From an uncultured Treponema sp. (GTDB lineage: Bacteria > Spirochaetota > Spirochaetia > Treponematales > Treponemataceae): a stretch of 57,072 nt of DNA. The notes under the pieces were generated by a model. It made no database searches. It saw nothing but the letters and a program-made list of their open reading frames with translations, and was not told the DNA's origin. This document shows positions 1 through 9,790 of this stretch, piece after piece. Positions within the stretch are counted from its first letter, which is position 1; each line of letters starts with the position of its first letter. The position numbers and the translations under genes were made by a program. The stretch spans positions 1 to 57,072 of the forward strand of contig CAMBMW010000001.1 in the NCBI GenBank assembly GCA_945868875.1, in the 5' to 3' direction.

Positions 1-54
1 AGGTGAGTCCACTAAATGACTTTCGAAAATTTTTTGAGCGATAGTTTTTCCCAT
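1..54 (-). CDS. leuC: 5' end of 3-isopropylmalate dehydratase large subunit / aconitase-family protein (runs off window)
   Basis: Minus strand GAGG RBS then ATG at 54: MGKTIAQKIFESHLVDSP, a typical LeuC/homoaconitase N-terminus; only 18 codons visible. Confidence 0.6.
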   Translation of the reverse strand, partial: MGKTIAQKIFESHLVDSP

Positions 55-183
55 AGTTTTACCTCTGTTTAAAATATTTAATATTTATTAATTTTATTAA
101 ATCACAAATTGAAAAAAAATACAATAATATAATATTTTTTTTCAATTTTTCCACTTATTTCTAAAGTATGATATAATAAATAT

Positions 184-340
184 AAGGCAAAAACATTATA
201 AAAAATTGACAGAAAATTTTGGTTTGAAGTAGTGAAACACAGGTAAAAAAGTCTGGCACATTATTGTGCTTTTTTTAACTTGTGAATCATGAACAAAAGT
301 CAGATTTTACTATTTATTGTTTAAAAATGCGTTTGCCCTG
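184..340. mobile_element. MITE-like element, degenerate short copy (157 bp)
   Basis: Right end AATGCGTTTGCCCTG, degenerate left end AAGGCAAAAACATTATAAAA; flanked by direct repeat TAATAAATAT (174-183, 341-350); interior aligns by eye with 14794-15010. Confidence 0.8.
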
Positions 341-431
341 TAATAAATATGTTATGAATTGTCAGGAATACTACCCGCAAGTTTGTTGCGCAATTTCTGA
401 CAAAAAACTACTGAAAAAAAATGAGGTATTT

Positions 432-2420
432 ATGTTCCTAGAAGCTAAAAATGCGCTGGTTTTCAAAAAAGGTAATGAAACATTGATGATTGAACCTTGG
501 GGTGAGGATTCTTTAAGAGTTCGTTCAACATTAGAACCTGTTTTTATAGACAGAGACTGGGCATTAACTGAAAAAATAAATCATGGAAATGCAAAAATTT
601 CTTTAACTCCACAAGGTGCTGAAATCACAAATGGAAAATTAACAGCTAAATTGAACAATGGGGGAGTTATTTCTTTTTACAAACAAGACAAGATGATTCT
701 TCAGGAATATCACAGAAGTTATGATCCGTCTGCAACAAAAGAAAGTTGCTGTACAAAAATCATTAATCGTCAATATCAGGGAATTATTGGTGGTGATTAT
801 AAACTTACTGTAAGATTTAATCCTAATGATCAGGAAAAAATATTTGGAATGGGTCAGTATCCAGCACCTTATCTTGATATGAAAGGGTGTGTACTTGAAC
901 TGGCACAACGAAACAGTCAGATTTCCATTCCTTTTGCCTTGTCTAATCTTGGATATGGATTTTTGTGGAATAATCCTGCTGTAGGTCATGTGAATTTTGC
1001 AAAAAACATTACAGAGTGGGTAGCTGAATCAACAAAAGAGATGGATTATTGGATTACAGTAGGAGACAAACCTGCAAAAATAATAGAAAATTTTACTGCT
1101 GCTGTAGGTCGTGCTCCTGTTTTGTCATCTGATTATTTAGGATTCTGGCAGTGTAAACTTCGCTATCGTACACAGGATGAAGTTCTGACAGTTGCAAGAA
1201 AATATAAAGAAATGGGAATTCATCTTGATGTTATGGTTATTGACTTTTTCCATTGGCCAAGACAAGGAGATTGGTGTTTTGATAAAGAATATTGGCCAGA
1301 TCCAAAAGCAATGTGCGACGAACTTCATGCAATGGGAACAAAAGTTATGGTTTCTGTATGGCCTTCTGTTGATAAAAAGTGTTCTCATTTTTACGAAATG
1401 CAGGATAAAGGATTTTTAGTTCGCACAGAACGAGGAACAAATCAAACTTATGATTTTATGGGCGACTGTCTTACAATAGACGTAACAAATCCTGAAGCTC
1501 GTCAGTACATTTGGGATATCTGCAAAAAGAATTATGCTGAATATGGAATTGATATGTTCTGGCTTGACAACGCAGAACCTGATTATAACGTTTATGATTT
1601 TGGCAATTATCGTTATCAACTTGGAACAGCTTTGTCATGTTCAAATATTTATCCAAAATTATACAGTCAGGCATTTTTTGATGGTATGAAGGAAATGGGT
1701 AAAAATGATTTTGTAAATCTTGAAAGATGTGCCTGGGTTGGTTCACAGAAATACAGTCAAGTATTGTGGAATGGTGATGTTCAGTCTACTTGGGAATGTT
1801 TGCGTACTTCCATCACAGAAGGATTAAGCATGGGAATTGCTGGTATTCCTTGGTGGACAACAGACATCGGCGGATTTATGTACGGAAATCCAGAAGATCC
1901 AAAATTCGTGGAACTTCTGGAAAGATGGTTTGAATGGGCTGTTTTCTCACCTATTTTGCGATTACATGGAGACAGAGATCCTCACGACACACCTCCTTTA
2001 GACAAAGATCCAGAAAGAGGATACGGCGGTGGATATCTTTACACTGGTCGTCCTAATGAAATCTGGTCTTATGGTCCTGAAGCACAAAAAATTATGGAAA
2101 ACCAGATAAAATTACGTGAAAGTTTAAAACCTTACATTGCAAAAGTGATGAAGGAAGCAAGCGAAAATGGAAGTCCTGCAATGAGAACTATGTTCTATGA
2201 ATTCCCTGAAGATCCAGTTTGCTGGGATTTAAAAGATCAGTATATGTTTGGATCAGATTATCTTGTAGCTCCAGTTTTGTATGCAGGTGCAAAATCACGT
2301 GAAGTTTATCTTCCAAACGGAAAATGGGAAAATTTCCATACAAAAGAGATTGTTGAAGGCGGAAAAACTATCACAGTTGACGCACCAATTGATCAAATTC
2401 CAGTTTTTGTAAAGAAATAA
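432..2420 (+). CDS. Glycoside hydrolase family 31 (alpha-xylosidase/alpha-glucosidase-like)
   Basis: WLDNAEP nucleophile motif, WNGD acid/base motif, DIGGF, QYMFGSDYLVAPV; start moved to ATG 432 behind GAGG (423-426). Confidence 0.93.
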   Translation: MFLEAKNALVFKKGNETLMIEPWGEDSLRVRSTLEPVFIDRDWALTEKINHGNAKISLTPQGAEITNGKLTAKLNNGGVISFYKQDKMILQEYHRSYDPSATKESCCTKIINRQYQGIIGGDYKLTVRFNPNDQEKIFGMGQYPAPYLDMKGCVLELAQRNSQISIPFALSNLGYGFLWNNPAVGHVNFAKNITEWVAESTKEMDYWITVGDKPAKIIENFTAAVGRAPVLSSDYLGFWQCKLRYRTQDEVLTVARKYKEMGIHLDVMVIDFFHWPRQGDWCFDKEYWPDPKAMCDELHAMGTKVMVSVWPSVDKKCSHFYEMQDKGFLVRTERGTNQTYDFMGDCLTIDVTNPEARQYIWDICKKNYAEYGIDMFWLDNAEPDYNVYDFGNYRYQLGTALSCSNIYPKLYSQAFFDGMKEMGKNDFVNLERCAWVGSQKYSQVLWNGDVQSTWECLRTSITEGLSMGIAGIPWWTTDIGGFMYGNPEDPKFVELLERWFEWAVFSPILRLHGDRDPHDTPPLDKDPERGYGGGYLYTGRPNEIWSYGPEAQKIMENQIKLRESLKPYIAKVMKEASENGSPAMRTMFYEFPEDPVCWDLKDQYMFGSDYLVAPVLYAGAKSREVYLPNGKWENFHTKEIVEGGKTITVDAPIDQIPVFVKK

Positions 2421-2442
2421 TTTTATAATAAAGGATAATGAT

Positions 2443-2519
2443 ATAAAAAAAGCGGCTAACGACCTGCACAGATTGAAAAAAATAATTCTGTATGTGCAAA
2501 CAGTTAGCCGCTTTTTTAT
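2443..2519. terminator. Bidirectional intrinsic terminator between convergent genes
   Basis: AAAAAAGCGGCTAAC ... GTTAGCCGCTTTTTT inverted repeat with inner TGCACA/TGTGCA pairing; A and T tracts on both sides. Confidence 0.8.
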
Positions 2520-2528
2520 TCGAAAATA

Positions 2529-2567
2529 ATTTTACTTATTGACTTGATTTTACTTATTGACTTGATT
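2529..2567. repeat. Exact 18-bp tandem duplication of the dehydrogenase 3' end
   Basis: ATTTTACTTATTGACTTG at 2529-2546 and 2547-2564. Confidence 0.9.
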
Positions 2568-3497
2568 GATTGGATTTCCTTTTATCCATGATTCGAAGTT
2601 TTCAAGAGCAATATCTAAAAGTCTTTGTCTTGTTTCTTTTGGTGCCCAGGCAATGTGAGGTGTTAAAACACAATTTGGACAATTGAGAAGGGGATTATCT
2701 TTTTTCATTGGTTCAACACTTACAACATCTGCTGCATAACCAGCAATTTTCCCATTTTTTAAGTAATCTGCCAAATCTTCTTCTACAACAAAACCACCCC
2801 GTGCTGTATTTATGAGAATAGCTGAGTTTTTCATTTTGGATAAAGTATTTTTGTTGATGATATTTTGTGTTTTGTCAGTCAAAGGAGCATGGAGTGTCAA
2901 AATATCTGATTTTTCCAATAGTTCATCAAAACTTACGAATTCCGGCATATTTTCTTTTTTTGTTCTTGTGTTACAGATTATTTTCATACCAAAAGCTTTT
3001 CCTATTTCTGCAACTTTTGAACCTATATTACCATAACCAAAAATTCCAAGTGTTTTTCCAGCCAATTCAAAAAGAGGTTTTTTCCAATAAACAAAATCTA
3101 AGGAATTGCACCAATCTCCATTATGAACAGAATCATTATGCAATGCAACATGGTTTGAAAAATAAAGAATCAATGAAAAAACATGCTGTGCTACAGACAT
3201 TGTACTGTAAGATGGAATATTTGTAACAATTATATTTCGTTTTGAGCAGGCATTAAGATCAACAACATTGTATCCAGTCGCACAAACACCAATATATTTT
3301 AATTCTGGAAGCTGCTGGAGAATATTTTCTGTAATCTGAACTTTATTTATAAAAATAGCTTCACAATCTTTTGCACGTTCAACAATTTCATTTTGATTTG
3401 TCCTTTCATACAAAGAAATTTCTGCATATTTTTCAAATTCCTTCCAGGACAAATCACCAGGATTGTCTGCGTGAGCATCAAGAATAGCAAGTTTCAT
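2550..3497 (-). CDS. D-2-hydroxyacid dehydrogenase (glycerate dehydrogenase/HprA-like)
   Basis: NPGDLSW N-terminus, GYGNIG Rossmann motif, LINTARG, TPHIAW. Confidence 0.93.
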   Translation of the reverse strand: MKLAILDAHADNPGDLSWKEFEKYAEISLYERTNQNEIVERAKDCEAIFINKVQITENILQQLPELKYIGVCATGYNVVDLNACSKRNIIVTNIPSYSTMSVAQHVFSLILYFSNHVALHNDSVHNGDWCNSLDFVYWKKPLFELAGKTLGIFGYGNIGSKVAEIGKAFGMKIICNTRTKKENMPEFVSFDELLEKSDILTLHAPLTDKTQNIINKNTLSKMKNSAILINTARGGFVVEEDLADYLKNGKIAGYAADVVSVEPMKKDNPLLNCPNCVLTPHIAWAPKETRQRLLDIALENFESWIKGNPINQVNK

Positions 3498-3504
3498 AAT
3501 AGAA

Positions 3505-3708
3505 TCATCCTATAACATCAACACCACAGCCAGAAATTGCATTGTTTATTGAATCTTCTGCGGAAGCATCATCATAATCTACCAGAACTTGAGATTTTTC
3601 ACAGTTTGCCACACAATTAGTAACACCAGAAACAGCACTCACAGCACTTTGCACTTTTGAAGCTGTTTCATCATCAAACATCCCAACAACATAAATTTTC
3701 TTTTGCAT
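3505..3708 (-). CDS. Small heavy-metal-associated (HMA/CopZ-like) domain protein lacking canonical CxxC
   Basis: 67 aa; spacing pattern VxGM...V..AV..V.GV....A......V.VDYD matches the HMA fold; GGAG RBS upstream. Confidence 0.7.
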   Translation of the reverse strand: MQKKIYVVGMFDDETASKVQSAVSAVSGVTNCVANCEKSQVLVDYDDASAEDSINNAISGCGVDVIG

Positions 3709-3842
3709 CAGGAAACTCCATTTATTTTTGATTTACAAAAAGTAACGAGAAAAGAATAGCAGTTAATAACCACTATTACTTACATACTATCATATTTTAA
3801 ATAAACTTTCAAATGAATATTAAAAATTTGAAGCGATATAAA

Positions 3843-4613
3843 TCACCTATTGTTTAATTTAATTGTTGCCTTTTGAATGCCATAGGAATAAGGAGCAACA
3901 GAATATGGTTCAAAATATACTGTTACAACATTTTTTTCAATTGTGAATATTTCAAAATTTCCAGCCTGAGGGAAAGTACCTTCGTTTATCATAATCTGCA
4001 TTTGATCTGTTTCAGAAGGAGTTGTTAAAATTTCATTTTTGTGTATCAGAACTTCTTCCAGCTGAGTTCTGCATTCACGGGCAATGTTATTGTAGGAATC
4101 ATTTATCAAATCTGTAATCGAAAGAAAGTTATCTTTTTCAGTATGATAATTGAAAGCTTTTAAATTAATATTTCCGTGAGCACCGCCACTATAAACATAA
4201 TCTTTTAAAAGAACGCTTATGATGTTTTTAGAAAAATAAATTTCACTTTCTAAATTAAATTCAAAAGGGGGTAGAGTACTTTTTGAATCTTTTGAATTAA
4301 AATCATTTATTTCTGTCCATGAAGTCTTTGCAAATGACTTAAAATTATCATAATTGGAAAAGATTGTATTTTTTATGTATTTATTTAAAACAGGAAAGTT
4401 TTTAAATTCAGGATATTTTATTTTTGTTTCCAGATAATCAAACTGTTCAGAAAAGTCAATAATTTTGTATGAAAAATCATTTTTTTGTATCTCGTTAGTT
4501 TCTTGTTTCTTAGGTTTATTATCAGTTTTATTAGTTTTTTTTGTAGAAATACAAGAAGAAAAAACAATTGCGATGAAAAATAGAAAACAGATTGAGTGAA
4601 TTAATTTTTTCAT
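3843..4613 (-). CDS. RsiV/PdaC-like (DUF3298/DUF4163) lipoprotein
   Basis: Lipobox-like FSSC; YSGGAHG and FEPYSVAPYSYG motifs. Confidence 0.85.
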   Translation of the reverse strand: MKKLIHSICFLFFIAIVFSSCISTKKTNKTDNKPKKQETNEIQKNDFSYKIIDFSEQFDYLETKIKYPEFKNFPVLNKYIKNTIFSNYDNFKSFAKTSWTEINDFNSKDSKSTLPPFEFNLESEIYFSKNIISVLLKDYVYSGGAHGNINLKAFNYHTEKDNFLSITDLINDSYNNIARECRTQLEEVLIHKNEILTTPSETDQMQIMINEGTFPQAGNFEIFTIEKNVVTVYFEPYSVAPYSYGIQKATIKLNNR

Positions 4614-4624
4614 AAAAACCTCGT

Positions 4625-5662
4625 TTATTTTACAGTTTTTCCAAGTTGACCACAGGCACCACCAATTTTTTGTCCGCGCTTTTTGCGCAAAGTTACATTA
4701 AGTCCGGCTTTTTCCAATAAATCTATAAAATCATGGACTTCATTGAAAGAAGGGGATTCAAAAGGTAGAATGCTCACAGGATTCCAGGGAATCAGATTAA
4801 TATTTACATCAATATTTTTTGCAAAATCAATAAGTTTTCTGGCACTTTGTGCATCTGTATTTGTATTGTGCAGTAAAGCAGCTTCTAAAGTAACACGTTT
4901 TCCAGATTTTTGGGCATAATAACCGATTGCTTTTTTTAACTGTTCCAAAGAATTTTCTTTTGCAACACAAACAGGCATGAGTTGTTCCCTTAAAGTCTGA
5001 TTTGCAGTCGTAAGCGAAACGGCAAGTCTTATATGCGGTCCATTATCAGCCAAATCATAAATTCCTTTTACAATTCCGCATGTAGAAAGAGTTATTCTTT
5101 TTGAAGATAAAGCACGTCCATCTTTATGACATAAGATTGAAACAGTTTTTCTAATTCCAGCCAGATTCTGCAGAGGTTCGCCCATCCCCATAAAAACAAT
5201 ATTATCTAACTTTCCTGCAATTTCTTCAAGAAATAAAAACTGTTCTACAATTTCATAAGCCTGAAGATTTCGTGAAAGTCCTAAAGTTCCAGTCATACAG
5301 AAAGCACATTTCATTGCACAACCAGCCTGACAGGAAACACAGGCAGTTTTCCTTCCTTCTTTGTCTGTGAGTAAAACAGTTTCAACAATATTATCATCAT
5401 AAAGGTGAATTTGTAGTTTAATAGTTCCATCCGGATCTTTTAGAACACTTTCGACTTTAGAAGAACGAAGAACAGCTTTTTTTTTCAATTCATTTCGTAA
5501 ATCTAAAGAAAGATTCGTCATTTGGTCAAAAGTTTTTGCACCATTTCCGACCCATTTGAAAATTTGTTTTGCACGAAAAGACTGAGAGAGTTCAAGATTA
5601 TCAAAAATTTCTTCAGGTAAAAGACCCGTTAATACATTTTGAGGTAATTCAGTTTCTGGCAT
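4625..5662 (-). CDS. rlmN: Dual-specificity rRNA/tRNA methyltransferase RlmN
   Basis: Radical SAM CAMKCAFC motif, MGMGEP, GACGQL; likely start ATG 5662. Confidence 0.95.
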   Translation of the reverse strand: MPETELPQNVLTGLLPEEIFDNLELSQSFRAKQIFKWVGNGAKTFDQMTNLSLDLRNELKKKAVLRSSKVESVLKDPDGTIKLQIHLYDDNIVETVLLTDKEGRKTACVSCQAGCAMKCAFCMTGTLGLSRNLQAYEIVEQFLFLEEIAGKLDNIVFMGMGEPLQNLAGIRKTVSILCHKDGRALSSKRITLSTCGIVKGIYDLADNGPHIRLAVSLTTANQTLREQLMPVCVAKENSLEQLKKAIGYYAQKSGKRVTLEAALLHNTNTDAQSARKLIDFAKNIDVNINLIPWNPVSILPFESPSFNEVHDFIDLLEKAGLNVTLRKKRGQKIGGACGQLGKTVK

Positions 5663-6830
5663 TTTTGATTTTTCCAAGCGCATTTTTTGCAATCAGATTC
5701 TTTGGTTCAAATGTCAGAAAATCATTTAAAACCTGTTCTGCCTCACTGATTTTTCCATATTCTACATAACAATTTGCCAAATCAAGATAAAGTCGTAGAT
5801 TCTTCTGGTCATTTTTGATTAAGTCCTGGAATTTTTTAATTGCCTGTTCGAATTTTCCTTCTGTTTTGTCAATTAATGCAAGACCAATTGCTGCATAAAT
5901 ATCGTGATCAATATCAAGAGCCTTATTATAGTAAGATTTTGCTAAATCAAGTTGACCTAATGTTCTATAGGCATCGCCAGCTCGTGTAAGTATAACTTTA
6001 TTGCCTGGATCAATTTCAAGTATTTTATTCCAGTAGATAACAGAATTCTCTTGTTGATTAAGACCTCTGTAACAATCTGCAAGTCCATATAAAGCATAAA
6101 AATTTTTTGGTTCACGTTCAAGTGCCATCAAAAAATATCTGCTTCCCTGTTCAAAAGTTTTAAGTTTTCTGTGACAGTTTCCGATAGAAGTCAAAACCCG
6201 AATATCAACAGTATCTTTTGAATTCAATTCCAAAACACGAGTCAGATAATACAAAGATTCTTTATATTCTTTAAAATCATAATTCAAATGTCCAAGACCA
6301 ATGAGGGCATAAGCATTATTTGGTTCAATATCCAGAACTTTTTGATAAAACTCTTTTGATTTCCTAAAATCATGATTTTTTCTGTATGCATCTGCAACAC
6401 GTGTAATTACAGTGATATTTTTTTCATCCTGTAACAGATATTTCTGCCAGATATCAATTGCCTTTTTGTATTGATTCATTGCTTTAAAACAATCTGCAAG
6501 ACCAAAAAGTGCATAATTGTTTGAGGGATAACATTCCAGACATTTATTATAATAAATAACAGCCTGCTGAATGTTATTTTCTTTGCGCATTGTATCTCCA
6601 AGTCCTACAAGCGCATAATTGTTATTTTCATCTTGAATCAAAATGGACTGAAATGCTTCTTTTGCACCTTCAAAATTGTTTTCTTTTAAAAACTGGTATC
6701 CTTTTTTTGAAAGTTCTGCAATCGCTTTGTCTTTTTCGTTTGATAAATCAAGATTATTAAATTCCTGAATTGTTGATTCAGAAATACCTTCATTCAAAGG
6801 CATATCTTCTTGAAAAATAAATTCTTCCAT
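5649..6830 (-). CDS. Tetratricopeptide repeat protein
   Basis: Repeated NNYALxGLxD...A..Y...L...P TPR units; ATG 6830 with AGGGAG upstream. Confidence 0.88.
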   Translation of the reverse strand: MEEFIFQEDMPLNEGISESTIQEFNNLDLSNEKDKAIAELSKKGYQFLKENNFEGAKEAFQSILIQDENNNYALVGLGDTMRKENNIQQAVIYYNKCLECYPSNNYALFGLADCFKAMNQYKKAIDIWQKYLLQDEKNITVITRVADAYRKNHDFRKSKEFYQKVLDIEPNNAYALIGLGHLNYDFKEYKESLYYLTRVLELNSKDTVDIRVLTSIGNCHRKLKTFEQGSRYFLMALEREPKNFYALYGLADCYRGLNQQENSVIYWNKILEIDPGNKVILTRAGDAYRTLGQLDLAKSYYNKALDIDHDIYAAIGLALIDKTEGKFEQAIKKFQDLIKNDQKNLRLYLDLANCYVEYGKISEAEQVLNDFLTFEPKNLIAKNALGKIKNARN

Positions 6831-6870
6831 TTTTTTTTGCACTCCCTATTTTTAAATTATTTTTAAATAA

Positions 6871-7227
6871 TTATTTTTCATTTAATAGTGTTGATATTAC
6901 TTTTGCAATATCCTCATAAATTTGACTGGCCTCTCTCTTATTATGAGCCAGCGTATAAGCTTTCAACGCTTTTAAACTTTGATGTTTGCTCAAATAATAA
7001 TTACCAACACGAGTTAAACCATCAGAATAACCTGTAGTTATATAGATACGGCGAGCATCTTCAATATTTCCTTTATTAAACATTTCATTAGCTCTTCTGT
7101 TTAAGATGACTTTTTGTTCGGAAGATAAACCAGAAACAGGATTATCAGTAACTTTTATAAATCCATCTGGAATTGAATGTTCTTTAATTGAGTTTGTTAA
7201 GTTTTCTTCAATTATTTTTCTATCCAT
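6871..7227 (-). CDS. Conserved hypothetical protein (helical)
   Basis: 118-aa ORF co-oriented with neighbours, protein-like composition. Confidence 0.75.
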   Translation of the reverse strand: MDRKIIEENLTNSIKEHSIPDGFIKVTDNPVSGLSSEQKVILNRRANEMFNKGNIEDARRIYITTGYSDGLTRVGNYYLSKHQSLKALKAYTLAHNKREASQIYEDIAKVISTLLNEK

Positions 7228-7372
7228 ATAAAATCTATCCGAAACAAAATTAAAATGCTTATCAGTAACAGTTCTTCTTGCTAACGCAAAAAAATAAAAT
7301 AACTAAATTTATTATATCATAGAATTGAACAATGTAAAATTAAAATATTGTAATTTTTTTTAAAAATACTAA

Positions 7373-7915
7373 TCAATTATATCGATAAAAATCAACAATA
7401 GAACGACCGTAAATTCTCTGGTCAGTTCTCTTTAAATTACCAATTTTTTCTGGCATAAAATGTTCTTCCGGACGATGAACAAGAATAGTTCCATTTTCAT
7501 TCAAAAGACCGTTAGAATCTGCCTGTTCTATAATCTGCTGATGATACTTGTATGGAAAAGGTGGGTCAAAAAAAATAAAATCAAATTTTCTTTTACAACG
7601 TTTGATAAAATATTCAACAGGCATGAAATGACATTTTATTTTTACACCACAGTCTTTTTCTGTGATTGAAACATTTTCCAGCACTGTATTAATCTTGATT
7701 TTATCTTTTTCACAAAGTTCAACATCTTTTGAACCGCGTGATACGGCTTCTATTGCTATTGTTCCAGAACCAGAAAACAAATCAAGCCATGATTTTCCGT
7801 CCAAATCGCCTAAAATTGAAAAAACAGATTCCCGCATTCTGTCCATTGCCGGTCTGATTACTCCATCCGGACATTTTATTATTCTTCCTTTTAAGCTGCC
7901 ACCAGTTATTCTCAT
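7373..7915 (-). CDS. rsmD: 16S rRNA m2G966 methyltransferase RsmD
   Basis: MRITGG.LKGR, LDLFSGSG, DPPF motifs. Confidence 0.93.
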   Translation of the reverse strand: MRITGGSLKGRIIKCPDGVIRPAMDRMRESVFSILGDLDGKSWLDLFSGSGTIAIEAVSRGSKDVELCEKDKIKINTVLENVSITEKDCGVKIKCHFMPVEYFIKRCKRKFDFIFFDPPFPYKYHQQIIEQADSNGLLNENGTILVHRPEEHFMPEKIGNLKRTDQRIYGRSIVDFYRYN

Positions 7916-7927
7916 ATTCCTGCCTGA

Positions 7928-9565
7928 TTATTTTTTGTTTAAAAGCCAGTAATTACTATCATGAGCTAAACTTTGGTTTTCGCTGGCATAATCATATGCT
8001 GTTTTTCCCTCAGTTGAACGAATTGAAGTAATTGCATTATTTTCAATCAAAACTTTTATTATTTTTGTTGAATTTCCAAATTCACATGCATACATCAAAG
8101 GAGTTTTTCCTTCATAAAAGGTGTTTAGAGGAACTGAATAGTCAAGAAATGCATTGAGTTTTGCAATTGATGTATACTCTGATGTCTGACTTTCAGACAA
8201 TAGCAGTACAAGTGATTTTAACACTTCTTTATCACTTACCTGATAATATGAAAGCAGACTTTTTAGGATTTGAGGATTATTGTTGTAACATGAAGCAATC
8301 ATCAGGGCGGAACTTCCGTAATTATTTTTGATTTTTACATCAGCTTTTGCCTGAAGCAATAAATCTACACAAGTTAAGCTTTCCTGATATCGCACAGCAT
8401 ACATTAATGCAGTCCAACCATCTTTATCCTGGAGATTTACATTTGCACCAGATTTCAAAAGGGCAGAAATCTGCCAGTCATTTCCAGCTTTTGCAGCTTT
8501 CATCAAAAGAGTTCGCCCAAATGAGTCAATTTCGTCAGGATTTTCAACAGTTATATTTTTTTGTTTCTCAGGCTGTTCAATTTCTGGTTCATCAAAAATC
8601 ATATAATCATGTAAAAATTCTTTTTGGTATCCTGAAGACTTTTTATTCTTTACAAATTCAAGTGCTTTATCAAGCTCCATCTGGTCTTTTTTTCGTTCTT
8701 CAGCTTCTTTTTGAGCAATTATTTTTTCCTGCTCAAGACGGTTCTGTTCTTCTATTTTTTTCTTTTCTTCTTCAATTCGAGCAAGTCTTTCTTTCTCAAG
8801 TCTTTCCTGTTCGAGTTTTTCCTGCTCGAATTTTTCTTGTTCGAGTTTTTGCTGATTTTCCTTATTAATCTGATTTTTTGCCTGTTCCAGCATAAGAATA
8901 TTTTCTTTATCTGAAATGTTTGGAGTATCTGCAATTAATGCATTTATATCTTGATCTTTAGTTATTTCTGTCGTAACTTCAATTATTTCGATGTTTTTTT
9001 CTTCTGCAGATTTTTGATTTGCAGATTCTTTTGAAGTGTCAGTAGTTTCTTTTATTCTTTTAAAATTCAAAAAAAACTGGTCTATTTGACCTGGTTTATT
9101 TTTTTTTGTACTGCATAAATATAATTTAAGTTCCCTTTTTACATCTTTATTTAAAATAAACGATACACTGCTTTCAAAAGGCACTTTTTTTTGAAGATTT
9201 TTTGCAAAATATTTTTCTTCATCAGTAATTCTTTGATTATTGTCACCAGTAACTGTTGCTTTTACAGAACCGCCATCTTTTGTAGAATATCCTTTATAAT
9301 AGAAGATAACTTTATCTCCAGCCTGCGGTAAATCCTGTTGAACGTATTTTGAAAAATCTATGTACACATCAAAAAGTTTAATATCTGAATTATATGATAA
9401 AAACACTTTATTTTCTGTATCACATAAGTCAAATTCATATATACGTGGATGAACATATTTTAAAACTGTTATATTTTTTTGGGATTTTGCACTTATCAAG
9501 AATAGGGAAGAAAAAATCAAAAAAATAAAAAACAGTGTTCTTTTATTTTTAAAAATTGATGACAT
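7928..9565 (-). CDS. Secreted/membrane-anchored ankyrin-repeat protein with central coiled coil
   Basis: N-terminal hydrophobic stretch; GRTLLMKAA, GWTALMYA, GKTPLMYA ankyrin repeats; start at ATG 9565 supported by promoter geometry. Confidence 0.85.
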   Translation of the reverse strand: MSSIFKNKRTLFFIFLIFSSLFLISAKSQKNITVLKYVHPRIYEFDLCDTENKVFLSYNSDIKLFDVYIDFSKYVQQDLPQAGDKVIFYYKGYSTKDGGSVKATVTGDNNQRITDEEKYFAKNLQKKVPFESSVSFILNKDVKRELKLYLCSTKKNKPGQIDQFFLNFKRIKETTDTSKESANQKSAEEKNIEIIEVTTEITKDQDINALIADTPNISDKENILMLEQAKNQINKENQQKLEQEKFEQEKLEQERLEKERLARIEEEKKKIEEQNRLEQEKIIAQKEAEERKKDQMELDKALEFVKNKKSSGYQKEFLHDYMIFDEPEIEQPEKQKNITVENPDEIDSFGRTLLMKAAKAGNDWQISALLKSGANVNLQDKDGWTALMYAVRYQESLTCVDLLLQAKADVKIKNNYGSSALMIASCYNNNPQILKSLLSYYQVSDKEVLKSLVLLLSESQTSEYTSIAKLNAFLDYSVPLNTFYEGKTPLMYACEFGNSTKIIKVLIENNAITSIRSTEGKTAYDYASENQSLAHDSNYWLLNKK

Positions 9566-9571
9566 AATAAA

Positions 9572-9600
9572 ATTATAATATAATAAGAAAAAACTGACAA
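9572..9600 (-). promoter_or_regulatory. Sigma70 promoter of ankyrin gene (leaderless geometry)
   Basis: TTGTCA-17 nt-TATAAT-6 nt-ATG. Confidence 0.75.
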
Positions 9601-9607
9601 GTATGAA

Positions 9608-9636
9608 TTGACGAACCACTTAAAATTTTATATATT
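9608..9636 (+). promoter_or_regulatory. Sigma70 promoter of rpsF operon
   Basis: TTGACG-17 nt-TATATT. Confidence 0.75.
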
Positions 9637-9642
9637 AAAAAA

Positions 9643-9790
9643 ACACCCCTTGGAAATCTGTAAAAGGATTTTCTTTATCCATAAGGAGGACTTGCAGAAA
9701 TTGCAAGGTGCAGTCAGAATCGTTGATTTATAGATTGTTTTTCCTCCGAAAAAATTTTGTTTAAACAAAATTAATTTTCAGGAGATACTT
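9643..9790 (+). promoter_or_regulatory. Structured rpsF 5' leader (candidate S6:S18 autoregulatory RNA)
   Basis: Stem CCCCTTGGA...TCCATAAGGAGG, hairpin CTTGC/GCAAG, SD-sequestering hairpin 9740-9785; position upstream of rpsF. Confidence 0.55.

Noticed and set aside
282-431. 50-aa N-terminal extension of the GH31 ORF
   Set aside because: Starts at a GTG inside the MITE copy; ATG 432 has a proper RBS and a family-like N-terminus.
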